The notes under the pieces: model-generated
Told to the model about the DNA's origin: nothing
The model's database searches: none
What the model saw: only the letters and a program-made list of their open reading frames with translations
In this document: in pieces, positions 14,276 to 26,060 of the stretch
Layout of the letters: every line of letters starts with the position of its first letter
Position numbering within the stretch: position 1 is the stretch's first letter
Translations under genes and position numbers: made by a program
NCBI GenBank assembly: GCA_024704765.1
Contig: JAKMXF010000304.1
Location: 168,225 to 232,224, forward strand
Reading direction: 5' to 3'
From: Oopsacas minuta
Taxonomy: Eukaryota > Animalia > Porifera
Length of the DNA: 64,000 bases

Positions 14276-16425
14276 TAGTAATAACAGTAGGGAACCTTTG
14301 GAATTCATATGTTTGATCTCACCCGAAGTCACTTATACTTGAAACCACTACAATACAACATTCATTTTTATACACACATACATTCCAATTGGCTAGTAAT
14401 AATTAATAATTATGTTTTGTGAATATCTTTACAGACTAAGTAGCTCTGCAAAATACTCGCAAACAGTCTAAATTTTGACTAAATAATTTCATCCCAGTGC
14501 CCATACGCACTCACTTTTCAATACCTCGAATCTGATATGTTATTCCCTATTTCTACTCTTTGAAATATATGCAAGAATCCGCATAGATGTGTACTTGTAA
14601 ATATTCTCTATCGTAGTTATTAATAATTCGCACTCGCAGAGGCTCTTCGAATAATTGTCACTATTTTTTTTTTAAATTCAGCATTATCATTTTCTTTGAT
14701 ACTACATTTCAATTTTGTCTCAGCGTATTTAACTATGCATGTTAAATCGAGACGATGGCAAACTGTATATATATAATCTAGATATGTTATACCAATAGGT
14801 TCTTTTACACTACCAAGTATGAACTATATTATACTATGATCTATTTTCTTAGCTGTTTTTATTATTGTCTTTCGAACTTCTTGATGAGTTCAGAAGATTA
14901 ATGAATTCATTTATGGCGTATTCATATTTGTCATATGTAGAATGGTGTTAGTTATAAATTCTCCTTCCCCCCAGAATAATTACGGATCTACTCCCCTGAC
15001 GATACTTATAGATTGTCATTACTTCACATTTATCAAAATCCCTAATAACTTGAAGGGCATACCTGGGAAGTAAACGAAACCTACTACACACTGAGAACAC
15101 AATCAAATCTCTAATGAAATGGTTATACATATTTAAGTCCCTGAAATCTCCCCAAGTGTTGTGTCATAGTACCGATTTCACTTTTCGTGCAGTTTTAGTT
15201 GCAGTCTCAGGTAGTATTTGTTTCTGTCCAAATATATTTTAATTGAATTTCTGCATCTTTTTGTACTAAGTTGAATTTATCACCTTGATTTGTAGAATGG
15301 TCAAAGTTGTAGCAAATTTCTACCAGATATTTTTCTAAATACTGGGTGACAACTAATTCATTCACACTTTGGAGATATATCTCGCCCCCAGTGCTTGTTG
15401 CGAAAATGGTAGCGATTGTTTTCTGCATATGTTATGCTGCGCTTATATTCATTATATTGCTCAAGCCAATGATTAGGTCTGTAATCGTGCATATCTATGT
15501 GTTGGAGGAATATAATATTAATTATCATCAATGAATTTGTTTGTTATTGAAATGCTTCGCATGATCAATATATCAAAATGAAAATTTCATTATTTGTCAC
15601 TATGTAACCTTTTTCAATTGTCACGATTGTATAATATGGGAACAAATAGCACATGGTGGAAATAATGATCAATTATCAACATAACAAGTAGAAATCAAGT
15701 GGAAGAGTTCTATAATTGACATTGTAATGTGTAGGATATAAACCTGAAACCAGAATAGTAATATGTTAAACAATATGAATTCATTACTGGTAAATATTGG
15801 AGATTGCCTAGTACTATTTCAATCGATATGTTATGTATATGAACACTTTAGGTATAAGTTTGCATTAATTTTATTGACTTAGATACTGAACTATAATCAT
15901 AATTGTAATCATTCGAATAGTTATAGTAATAGTAATCGCTTGAAAATACTAAGCGTAATCATAACCTCTTGAATCGTAATCACCTTAGGGTAATCAACCC
16001 AAATCTTTGAGGATACTCAAACCAAATTGCAAATCAAATCAATGTTGAAATATGAATTATATAGCGATCTAAAATGCACATTTCTTCCTATGCGTATATG
16101 CATTGTTTGATAGGATGTACATTAAACATCACTTCCCAACCTTTGGAGCTTCGTTGAGCAAATTACGCACTAGGACTAGGACAGATTCCAACATTTGATA
16201 ATTCGTAAGACAAATTTTCGAAAAACATGATTCTTCAAATTCCCACATTCTACAATTCGCTCGACAAATCCTAAATATTGTCAGGACATATTCCGAACTT
16301 TGAAATACAAGAATTCAGTTCTCCCGATAACTGTGCTGGGTAAGGGTAATAATTTTGGGTAATTCAATAATAATTTCGGAGCCACTAAGTACTAATTCGT
16401 TGTATTCATCATTTCTTTCTTTTAG

Positions 16426-16742
16426 TTGGAATTACTGGACTTATCAATTGAAAATTTGCGTTTAGATACTCACAGAGGTTGTAGAATTATTCATGGTGAA
16501 ATTGAGTTGCTTAGTAAATTTGTTAATGACATTGGGACGAATCTTATGAATCTACGCAATCAATTCCTAGAGCTTGAACCCAAATTACGAAATATAATGT
16601 CACTCGAGTTGGAAGTAATAGTTAATGAAGAAAAGTTTGTTAACACTGAGGGTTTACGTCTAGAAGAATCCCTTTTCAAATGTCAGCATATGAATAATAT
16701 TTTGATTGATTTGCGGAAGCTTAACAACACTCAAAGTTTTAA
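16426..16742 (+). CDS. Probable host-gene exon encoding a coiled coil, resembling the AIP3/Bud6 (KIAA1217/SRCIN1-type) domain
   Basis: Strong acceptor TTTCTTTCTTTTAG at 16425, open 105 codons, donor GTAAGT at 16743, then a 48-bp intron ending TTCTTTTCAG at 16790. LRNQFLELEPKLRNIMSLELEVIVNEEKFV..E..RL...L..C resembles remembered AIP3-domain sequence. Confidence 0.5.
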
Positions 16743-18399
16743 GTAAGTTTTTAATGATACATACATATCTTGTCTCATTCTTCTTTTCAGAAGTGTTTCC
16801 TGGACAAAACAGGTTCTATATTTTTCATTATCTATTAGCTATAGCACCTCCCAATACATTCCTACTAAGTATTCTACTGTAGTGGCTCAACCAGCCTGCA
16901 TTGACACTGTTGAGCGCCTCAGAACATTTATTTCTTTGTTTTGGGTAGTTTCAAAGTCCACTTTTGGACACATTTTGAGGCATAAAATATCAATAATGCC
17001 TGTATTAACTCGTATTTTAATGCGCTTTCATGATGATAAGTCGTTTGAGTGTTCGCTTGACAATTTTTGTGATATCTTTTCTCTAGCGATCGAGAAATCT
17101 TTCAGAAATGTGGCAACATTCCATTCTCAAATGTCCCAGCCCATCTACTTACCCTTGTTCGTCGCTACTAGTCTATCTTAATCTTTTTCGTTCTACAAAT
17201 ATTGACCTTTTATACGGCCTTATAATATCATTTGCTTTGTAGTTCCTTGCGCTCTGCTTATTTTCTTTATGTTTTTCACATCTTTCTTACATATACATGA
17301 TATTATCGTCTTTCTCATGAAACTATGGGAATTAGGCTAATGTCCCGACAATCTTTATCAAAAACTTAATTATTCCTACCCCAGTTGAATATAATTATGC
17401 TTTTTCTGTGAAATCCGGCTAAATTTGTGCCTATGTATCGTTAGAATGAAAATCCCAATTTTTGTCCTGGATAATTAGCCTAAGTGTTAATTTTAATTTT
17501 GATTGTTCGATTCCTATACGCTAGCTACAGAAATATATATCTCGTTCGTAAGGGGGTTGTCCAATTTCTATACATTTGTTTACCCTGTGCATTTTACAAG
17601 AACACACAAGCGACCGTTTGTTATAATGCACCTACAGTTTCATTTTACCGAAATTGGATAATCCTCTATTAGAACGAGATATACACTCCCTCGTCCGATT
17701 AACTCTTCGCAAAGATATCGTTGCCACTTTAGTTTCATAAACTGAAAATAAATTCATAAATTTCTTCATTAGAATGAGAAAAGGCAATTGTTCTTTCTTT
17801 TCTGACATATCCAAGTAATATTCAACATATTATCCCAATGCAACATTCGTGTCACCAGTTGTAGGGGGTTACAATACTTCTGGCTAGGCAGTCAATTTAT
17901 GTCGCTAGACATGCTGCGTATTTACTAGACTAACAAAATTATTCCAATATGAATCACTTAGGATATATTACATAGACTAATGGCGTGATATATTTATGGA
18001 CGATTTTTAATGCTTGTTTAGGGATTTTCTCTCACAAAACACACGATGACAATATGTATCTGTAAGAAATATGTGACATAAAATATTACTAGACTTGATG
18101 GTCGAACTGGCCAATCGTAATATAAGTCCATTTAAATCCCGCGAGTCTCTGATCAAAGATATCCATGTAAAATTCATTTACTTTTGAACTTTGGCTCCAA
18201 ATGTGTCCAAAGTGCACTTCTAAGTTGTAAATAATTAACATGTCGTACTTCAGTGAGTTGATCATGTACTTGTACTCTTCCCACTCCAAGAGCCATCTTG
18301 TGAAATGTTTCATAGGTTCTTCTGACTCCGGATCAATGTTAGCGAGTTATTGGGTGACCAATAGGTTCTGCTCCATAATTTATAACTTACCATAATGAA

Positions 18400-18875
18400 G
18401 AATTCCAACAAAATGGCGCACCTGCTCATGCTTCGAATGTCTCCCAAAGTTGGTCTCACCAAAATGTTCCAGATTTCATTTCAAAGGAGGAATGCCCCCC
18501 CCATCAAGTCCACATTTGAATCCAATGGACTGTTCAATCTGATCCATCTTGAAAACGAATGCCTGCGCTAAGTCCGAGAGAGTATCGAACCTTTAAAGAA
18601 ATCTTTGCTTCTTGAGTGGGCCCAAATTCCACAGGATACCCTACGAGCCGCTGTTAAGGCTTTCCCCCACGGTTCAAGAAGGTAGTCGATACAATGGCTG
18701 TTATTAGCAAATATGAAAAACTACTTCATCTTTGCAATCGTGTGGAACATTAATTATTAATCTATTTTCAAAATGTTGGAATACCAAATGATCTAAAGCT
18801 GTTTTGTTACAAAGTCTAAAAAATTGTTATGATAAGTTCCAATGGTTCTGAGTTATCGCACCGACGATGGATATC
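18400..18875 (+). pseudogene. C-terminal relic of a DD37D (maT)-like Tc1/mariner transposase plus right end
   Basis: FQQNGAPAH...DFISKEE(C)PP/SSPHLNPMD..I*SIL...LKKSLLLEWAQIPQDTLRAAV. About 37 residues lie between the second and third catalytic positions (one C-run frameshift). Confidence 0.75.
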
Positions 18876-19149
18876 CGATATCCATTATGGTCAAATCACG
18901 ATGGTCATTTATTATTTACATCCAACTTCTCATACCATTGTAATACAATTTGATATGATATCTCGCAAGGTTATTGCGCATCTCAAAATTGACGATGTTC
19001 AGGATTACTTCATGGTGGTAAGAGGTATCATATCAAAGTTTATTACAAGGGTATGAAATGCTGGGTGTATACTATACACTGGCTATCCTGATTTGGGCAT
19101 AATTTGCACGATTATAGAGTTATACTCAGATATTTGAAAAAATATGTGA

Positions 19150-19330
19150 CACCCATGGCCTGTGTGATAACTCAGGAACATACCAACTTTATTATGAAAA
19201 AATTTATATCTTTGTACAGAGACGGCTTTTGATCATTTGGCAGTTCAACATTTTCAACATAGATTAATTAATAATTAACGTTACACATAATTTCAAAGAT
19301 GGAGCAGTTTACAAATGTATTTGCCAATTA
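19150..19330 (-). repeat. Diverged inverted copy of the element end at 18700-18875
   Basis: TGTGATAACTCAGGAAC...GATCATTTGG..TTCAACATTTTCAACATAGATTAATTAA matches the reverse complement of 18740-18865. Confidence 0.65.
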
Positions 19331-19556
19331 CGCTAAGAAATGACGTCACTCCGATCTCAAAAGTTTCACAAATGTTGCTTTTATTTATTCTTCCATATCA
19401 ATAATACATATATTCTGGTGAAAATGTTCCAGTTTCTTATTATCGACGATTATAGAGTTTCCCATCGAATATTTCCACTTCCTTTTATCTATGGTCCTTT
19501 TAAAATGAACTCAGTGATCAGACTTTATCTTTAGTAGGCTATGAGTATGTACTATC

Positions 19557-22555
19557 CACAGTGGCACGGCATGTGGAAATAGTGAAAAAAATATAACCTC
19601 AAATTGCTTTATAGTGTTGATATTTGAATTCAGCACCCCCACAAACCTCGGAAAACATTTGACATCTCTACAATAGACTTTCCATTTAGCTCCTACGTCT
19701 ATTCCAATGAGAGCATAATTGAAATTCGAAAGATTGATTTATGGTTTCAATTTTCGGTCATGATGTAATTTTGAATAATATGGATTCTCCACATCAAATA
19801 ACTGCTATTTATAGTATACCAATCGAAAGCTCTTATGTTGCTGAATAATAAATCACGTTAATCTTGGCTCCAATGAACAGATGGAATTTACTATTCTCAT
19901 TTTAAACAAGCTTGTTCGTACAAGTGCAATAAATAGAAACACGTTTCATTAAAACTCTAGTACTTTTTTTGCCTTCACTTGCGGAACTTTCCATTGCACT
20001 TTCCTAATAGCTCTTTTCGTCCTCTACAAAATACACTTTAAATTATGGTGTCAGGAAGTGTCAACGATATTTTTTTTTGCGATTTTAAATATAATCCATT
20101 CACAATTATCTAATTTTTGGCCCATATAAATCATAAATAATTATTGTGGTTGTTTATTAGCACATTTTTCATTATGAATAACGAGGATGCATACACGTTC
20201 TTAACTGCACAAAAGAATAAAACAATCACTTCTCTCGCGTCCTCGTTTATTGTCCTCAATAATTTGGAAGAAACAGAGCATGATACAGTTCGGAGAAAAT
20301 TTTCGACCCTCAGAGAAGATAGGAGAGAATACCTGAAACGAGCCGATATAACTACTTGGAATGCGATACCTTTTCATACACCACTTAAACACCCGAGATT
20401 GAGTACAGGTTATCAATGCTCAGATGAAGTCATGGTGATAGGGAGTGTTTCTTCTAGCCAATCAACCTCTGTTTTCGAAGAAGATTTTAGTAAGCCCACC
20501 CGTAAGCCTCTGAGGGAATTATCAACTAAAGGTCTTCGCAGCCGATTGTCCTCCTTACTAACACATCTTGAAAAGGTTGCTGTACAAGAGAATGTTTCCA
20601 GTAAAGAACTATCCTGTTACCTGATGATGCTATGTTCACAGACTGAATACGACTTTACTACTACCAAGTTCTGTAAAGAAATTACTGCTAAGGGAAGCTT
20701 CGGTCCAGTCTGCAATAAATTAACCTGCGATAAAGCTGCGTTCTTGATGGATTCTTTAGAAATTGGAAATAAGAAATACATCGATTTAAGACGATTATTG
20801 CTTTCAGATGTCCAGCTTCCAGGTTACAATCGATTAGCTACCCATCGGTCTCAAATTTGCTTGACTAATGACATCTTTTCAGTTGATCGAGAACATCGGG
20901 TAGGCATTGCTGTATCTTACAAAAAGCTTCTGACTCATACAGTAAACAGAATATTGACTGCTTCTGCCAATGAAATTCCCAGCGCCAGCAGTCCTAAAAG
21001 GATACGAATTTCAGATGGACTTGACGGTTCTGGCTCTCACCGGGTTTATCAGCAAGCGACTCACCCCAATATTTCAACAAAAAGTTTTATTTTATTCGGG
21101 TTTAAGGTGATTTCCATATCCGACACCGATAACAAACTGATTTGGAAAAACCCTCTACCAAATTCTCCTTTCTCAATTAGACCCGTTGCGATACTAGCTC
21201 TACAGGAGAACGAAGACAATATTCGATATCTTATAGATACACTAATCAATAAGGAGTCCACAGAGATAACGGAAAAGGGTTTAGAACTAACAAACGTATT
21301 TTGTGAAGTTGAAATTCAACGTTCACAATTGGATGGCAAAATGGCTAAGATTATTAGTGGAGCTGGCGGTGCATGTTGCCAGTTCTGCACAGCGACATTC
21401 AAACAAATCCATGATCGGGATATCGTAAAAGACGGTTTTCCAATTAATCGATCCATCACAGACCTGAAAGTATTATTTGATGAAGTTAACGAAGAGGAGT
21501 TTCTATCATTATCTTCTGACAACAGATTCAACGTTACATACAGACCAATATCTGACTTAGAAATCATACCCAGTTCGCCTTTGCATGCATATCTCCGATG
21601 TTTTGGCTGGTTTTTACATCTAATTAGCCATTTGCACGCAGGAGTATTTAAGTGGTCACCAACTTCTAAGAGAGTCTCAGATGCTAAAACTTTCGTTACA
21701 AGTTTAATTAAAGACAATCTCAATATTATTATTGACATCCCTTCAACACAGGGTGGCACAACGACTACTGGTAATGTGGTAAGACGATGCTTGATAAGAA
21801 AGGATGACAACGATCAAGATTTCCTCTACTGGGTTTTGACAGTGATCCGTCTGAGTTCAAGTCCCACATAATTGAAATTCACACATGCCTAGGAGCAATC
21901 CTACGCGTCTATAATAGCAGCAGAAGAGTGGATACAGAAGAACTAGCGCTTGTTTGCAGTAATATCTACCAGTCAATTCTCTGTGCATTTCCTTGGGCTA
22001 ATGTTTCCCCGACGTTACACAAACTGTTAGCACATGCACCGGAAATCATCTCAACGTTTAATGATGGACATGGGCTAGAGAAGTTATCTGAAGAAGGACT
22101 AGAGGCTTCTAACAAATATATTCGGAGATACAGAGATCGTCTTGCTCGCAAGTTTTCATTTGAAGAAAATTTAAAGGATGTATTTGTTCGATTGATTTCT
22201 CACAGTGATCCCATGCTGTTAATGAATCGCAAGTTTTCTATTCCAAGGCCTCCATCTACCCAAGGACTTAGATGTAGCCAAGATATTTTAGTGAACACCC
22301 TTATTCGTGATAATGAAGATCATAATGCTGATTAAAAGTAGACCTCTCAATCGATTAATAGAAAATTTGGGGAATTTTCACACCTCAGATAGGTGACAAT
22401 GACGTCATAACTTTGTCACCTGAAGGGATAGAGAAAAAATGAGTATCCCATTCGATTCGTTGGGCTCGAAAACCTATATGACAATAATACATTTTGAGGA
22501 CCTATGTGCCATCAAAATGCCTATTTCCACATTCTGACCATTTCGTGCCACTGTG
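19557..22555 (+). mobile_element. Full-length Transib/RAG1-like DNA transposon (2999 bp)
   Basis: Ends CACAGTGGCACG and CGTGCCACTGTG. 5-bp flanks CTATC / CTATT (4 of 5 match, fitting a 5-bp TSD). One long RAG1-core-like ORF inside. Confidence 0.93.
20174..22335 (+). pseudogene. RAG1-core-like (Transib) transposase, about 720 aa after correcting one 1-bp deletion near 21847
   Basis: Catalytic D (GLDGSGSH, 21023-25), D (QLDGKM, 21332-34) and E (EEGLEASNKYIRRYR, 22102-04). Zn ligands CQFC and LHKLLAH; also SPLHAYLR and TGNVVRR. Frame 2 reads ..WVLTVI and frame 1 continues PSEFKSHIIEIH.. to the stop at 22335. Confidence 0.92.
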
Positions 22556-23723
22556 CTATTTGTATGACAAATGACTTGGCCATAAAGTTTGAGATTGATA
22601 TTTGTGAATATTTCCAAAATATATCATCTATGGTCACTATTACGTCTGTAAAACATGCTAACTTTATCATCACAAATCTTTGATGTTTTGTATGAAACCA
22701 CCATGAAATCCCATCATAAATTTTGGAATCGTAGATACAATTATGCAGACTTTTAATATTGACATCATTTCTTTAAAAACTACATCTCATTGTAATTCAT
22801 CTATCTATTACTTTGCAAGGAACATACTCATTAGTGATTAGGATTATTTACAGCTGAGCGATGCTTCTCAACAAGTAGTCGTCTACATCTTAGGGTATGT
22901 TTCTTTGAAGCTATCAGAACTAACCCACTGTTCTCTCTGTTTGGGCTCCTTGAACAACAATCTTATTTACTCTGAGTATGTTGGTGACTTATATAAGGGG
23001 GTTTGACTCTACCCTGTACTTCATTAAATTACTATATATTAAGTGCATTTTATTTGTTTGATGTTCGGAGAAAGAAATTAGAAGTTCAAATAAATCCTTG
23101 GAAATCTCTAGCACAGATACTACTCTGTATAGCAACAGTTGAATGAGATTCTCGCTTTGCTTGTGTAGATCACTAGAAAAGTCTAAAGTTTAGTACCAAT
23201 CATATTTCCAACATCTGCTTTAATAACTTAAGGAAACAGGTCTGTTAAACTCGGCGTAAGGACCAAGTTACTGCTTTCAAGTAAAAAAAACAGCGTAAAT
23301 GTCAAATGTGTCGCAACAGTATGCTATATAATTAGTATAACCAGTTTATTTCTTTTCATGTATCTCTCCTCATATCTATAAATGATACTTCTACTCACAC
23401 CTATTGTTGTTCTTAGTACTATATACTATATAAATATATTACCATATAAGTATATTATTGTTAGTTTATGCCATGTTATTGTGGTTAAATTTACTGAGAA
23501 CGCATTCTCAGAAAGATTTTTAGTGTTTCCGCCGTATGTGGAAACCTATTTACAGTTGAATTTGTAATCGTAACAACAATTCTTCACGATCAAACAGAAT
23601 ATAATCAATGGCCTGAAAAATAATTTGGCAATTCTTTGCTTTGCTAGCCGTGCATATAGTAAGCCGTGGACGTGTAGAGTCTCCTGTTGAGATTCTGAAA
23701 GTTGTAAATTCACAGATGTGTTA

Positions 23724-25492
23724 CAGTAAACCTCCAATTTGGGAACACTTTTTGGACTGCTGAAAAGTGTTCCTAATGTGGAGGTGTTCCTTGGTTTGCC
23801 TTTTGTGGCCTATCATTAACTTTATGAGGTGTATGAATGTTTGTTTGCAAACATGTGCAAGATATACTACTGTAAGAAATGAATTTTCATCAACTACTCA
23901 TATTTCATTTATTTTATTACTCATCTTTAGGGTAACACACGTCATTGAGTAGTACTTATGCATGTACTCGTTTGATGAATCTGTATTATTACATGTAATT
24001 AGTAGTTGAATTGGTTAAACTTTGAAAAGTCTGTGAGGCTTTTCTAAGACATGTGGCAAGGCTTTTCTATAATACGTCTATATAACACCCAGTACCGATG
24101 ATTGTACCTAGGGCATTAGGATTCTGAATCGCATATAACTTGAGCACCTATATAGCAGTGTTAATATCCCTGTCAGAAGGCACTGAATTGTGATAATTTG
24201 TTTTGTGGTAGATGGACCAAAGATTTGAACAAAATGTCATCTTCATACAAACAGTGGGGTGTGTATGGTTACGGGCCCAGGGTGCTAGACAAGCAAGATT
24301 CTAGATCTTCGAGTTCGATTTTGAAATTTCTTACATATCTGCAAAATTTCAAAACAATAGGATAAGATATGAGTTAGCCAATTGAGTTTACATATTCGTC
24401 TATCCATGGTCTATATGGCGCACAATTTTAAAATGGCCCCAAGGTACCGCTCTGTGGCATTACAATATTCCGAGATATCAATGTTCTCAAAAGGGTTCCA
24501 TATAGCTAAGATATGTTTACATGCCATGCTAGAGCTCGATTTTTGATTTCGCTCCTGCCATCGCAGATTTCAACCCACAATTGCCAGTTTGATAATTTTG
24601 AGCGCCCTTGTAAACTATGGACAGACAAAAATGCAAACCCCCGTAGCTCACTTAAATCTTATCTGATTGCTTGGAAATTTGATACAAGATGTGGGTAGGA
24701 AAGTTCTCTTAATCATGAGTCTAAGTAGAAGATCGAATTCAGCACCCTGGACCAGGGTTGGCAAGGTTAACCCACCCGCCGGTTTAAACCATGGTTTATA
24801 CCGAGTTAAACCTAATTTATGGTCAAACTGGTTATTACACTGTGCTAAACCTCATTTAATCGGGTAAACTACCAACTTGATTTGAGACTCTAATTTAGGA
24901 TTTCCTGACTATAATTTGATTAAATTGGAAACACAGTAAAACATTCAAAGTCTTCATAAATAAAGTTCTCTCCTCGTACAATTGACTTACAACCTAACGT
25001 TATTTATTAAGAATTTAGCATGATTCCAATTAATATATGCATAAAATCATATTAAAATTGAGTTTCCAAAAGGGGGGGAACTATACTTCTATAGTTTGAT
25101 TAACCCGGGTTAAACTCCAACCCTGCCTTGAACCCTAACATTACAATGGGAAATGGCTTCCTTTTCATAAATCATTTAATGATCAGTCGTGTGAAGAAAT
25201 AAGCAAACATTGCATCGATCACACTGACCTGTGACAAAATACAGCCCACTGACCGTTATGTTGAATCCCACGAATTATGATAATACTTATGTTCTTTAAT
25301 GGGCGGTCCATATGAATGTCTAAGTGATATTTGAGAGACAAAAGAGTGCTCCGTGTTCACTATAGGGAGCAGTTCCTTAATGGAAGGTAGGTATCAATCT
25401 TAAAGCGAAGGAGATAATCGTGTCTTAAATACAGTGTCCCCTTAACTGAGGTGTTCCTTAATCGGATGAGTTCCCTAATGGAGGTTTACTTG
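23724..25492. mobile_element. Pair of pogo/Tigger-type ends, possibly one non-autonomous element with a nested insertion
   Basis: TA-CAGTAAACCTCC at 23724 and GGAGGTTTACT(T)G at about 25480-25492, both with GTGTTCC(T)TAAT subterminal repeats. Confidence 0.5.
24753..25125. mobile_element. 373-bp hAT-type MITE
   Basis: TIRs CAGGGTTGG and CCAACCCTG, 8-bp flanks CCCTGGAC / CCTTGAAC (6 of 8 match), repeated GGTTAAAC subterminal motifs. Confidence 0.75.
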
Positions 25493-25539
25493 TTATGAAT
25501 AATCTCACCTCTTTGCATATTATTCAAAATCATGCTAGA

Positions 25540-26060
25540 GATTCGTTTAACTGGTAGTAAGGGGTAATCGAGTATCTAGATTTCAATTTTGACATTTTCA
25601 CACCTATATCTACTTGATTTTATCATATGATTAATACTATTTTACACCTTCTGGTCTATTTTTCTAATTATATTGCAGATTTCGTTAGAACTGCTAATTC
25701 AGGGGTAATCGAGCGTGTAGTTTCCAATTTAACATTTTTCAAATTTATGTCTACATTATTTATCATATTTTTACACAATTTTCTAATTTTTGAATTGATC
25801 ATAGGAATTTCGTTTCAGATGTAAGGTAATTGGAGGACAACTTTTCGGAAACTTATCCATTGGATTTAAGGATAGTACATGAAGTACATTAAGGGAAGAA
25901 TAATAATGAATATACTGAAATATTTATCAGATCCAGGAGCCCAAGGTCATTCGGGCCCATGCATTGCGGCATTTACACGAGGGGTCAGGTGAGCTGCCCC
26001 CCATAAATGTAACAAAAACAATTTACCTTAAGTGCACTAGCAGTCTCTTGACTGGACATT
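25540..26060 (+). repeat. Dispersed repeat, copy A (homologous to 55560-55990), with a GC-rich hairpin
   Basis: Shared TTCAAAATCATGCTAGAGATT, CTGAAATATTTATCAGATCCAGGAGCCCAA and GGGGTCAGG..AGC.TGCCCCCC. Contains an internal ~120-bp duplication. Confidence 0.8.

Larger units (their letters stand above)
19400..23310 (+). pseudogene. P-element/THAP9-like transposase C-terminal relic, interrupted by the Transib insertion
   Basis: GYEYVL precedes the Transib left end and ..MTNDL..KF follows the right end. Downstream: VVVYILGYVSLKL...CSLC..L...Y...L.KGGLTLP (22870-23030), typical of P-type transposase tails. Confidence 0.6.

Noticed and set aside
17645-17820. Protein-like plus-strand frame with one internal stop (LPKLDNPLLERDIH...FFSDISK)
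   Set aside because: No recognisable family and an in-frame stop; it cannot be linked to the 16426 exon.
21835-21875. Programmed -1 ribosomal frameshift in the Transib ORF
   Set aside because: There is no X XXY YYZ slippery heptamer at the junction; a 1-bp deletion is simpler.
21061-22151. Minus-strand ORFs 21061-21261, 21316-21810 and 21966-22151
   Set aside because: Antisense shadows of the transposase ORF with no motifs.
19557-22555. RAG2-like (kelch/PHD) partner gene
   Set aside because: Only about 620 bp and 220 bp flank the transposase inside the TIRs, and no kelch-like ORF is seen nearby.
25981-26060. Helitron 3-prime end (GC hairpin then CTAG) in the 25540/55560 repeat
   Set aside because: Homology between the two copies continues past the CTAG (CTGGACATTT), so it is not the terminus.
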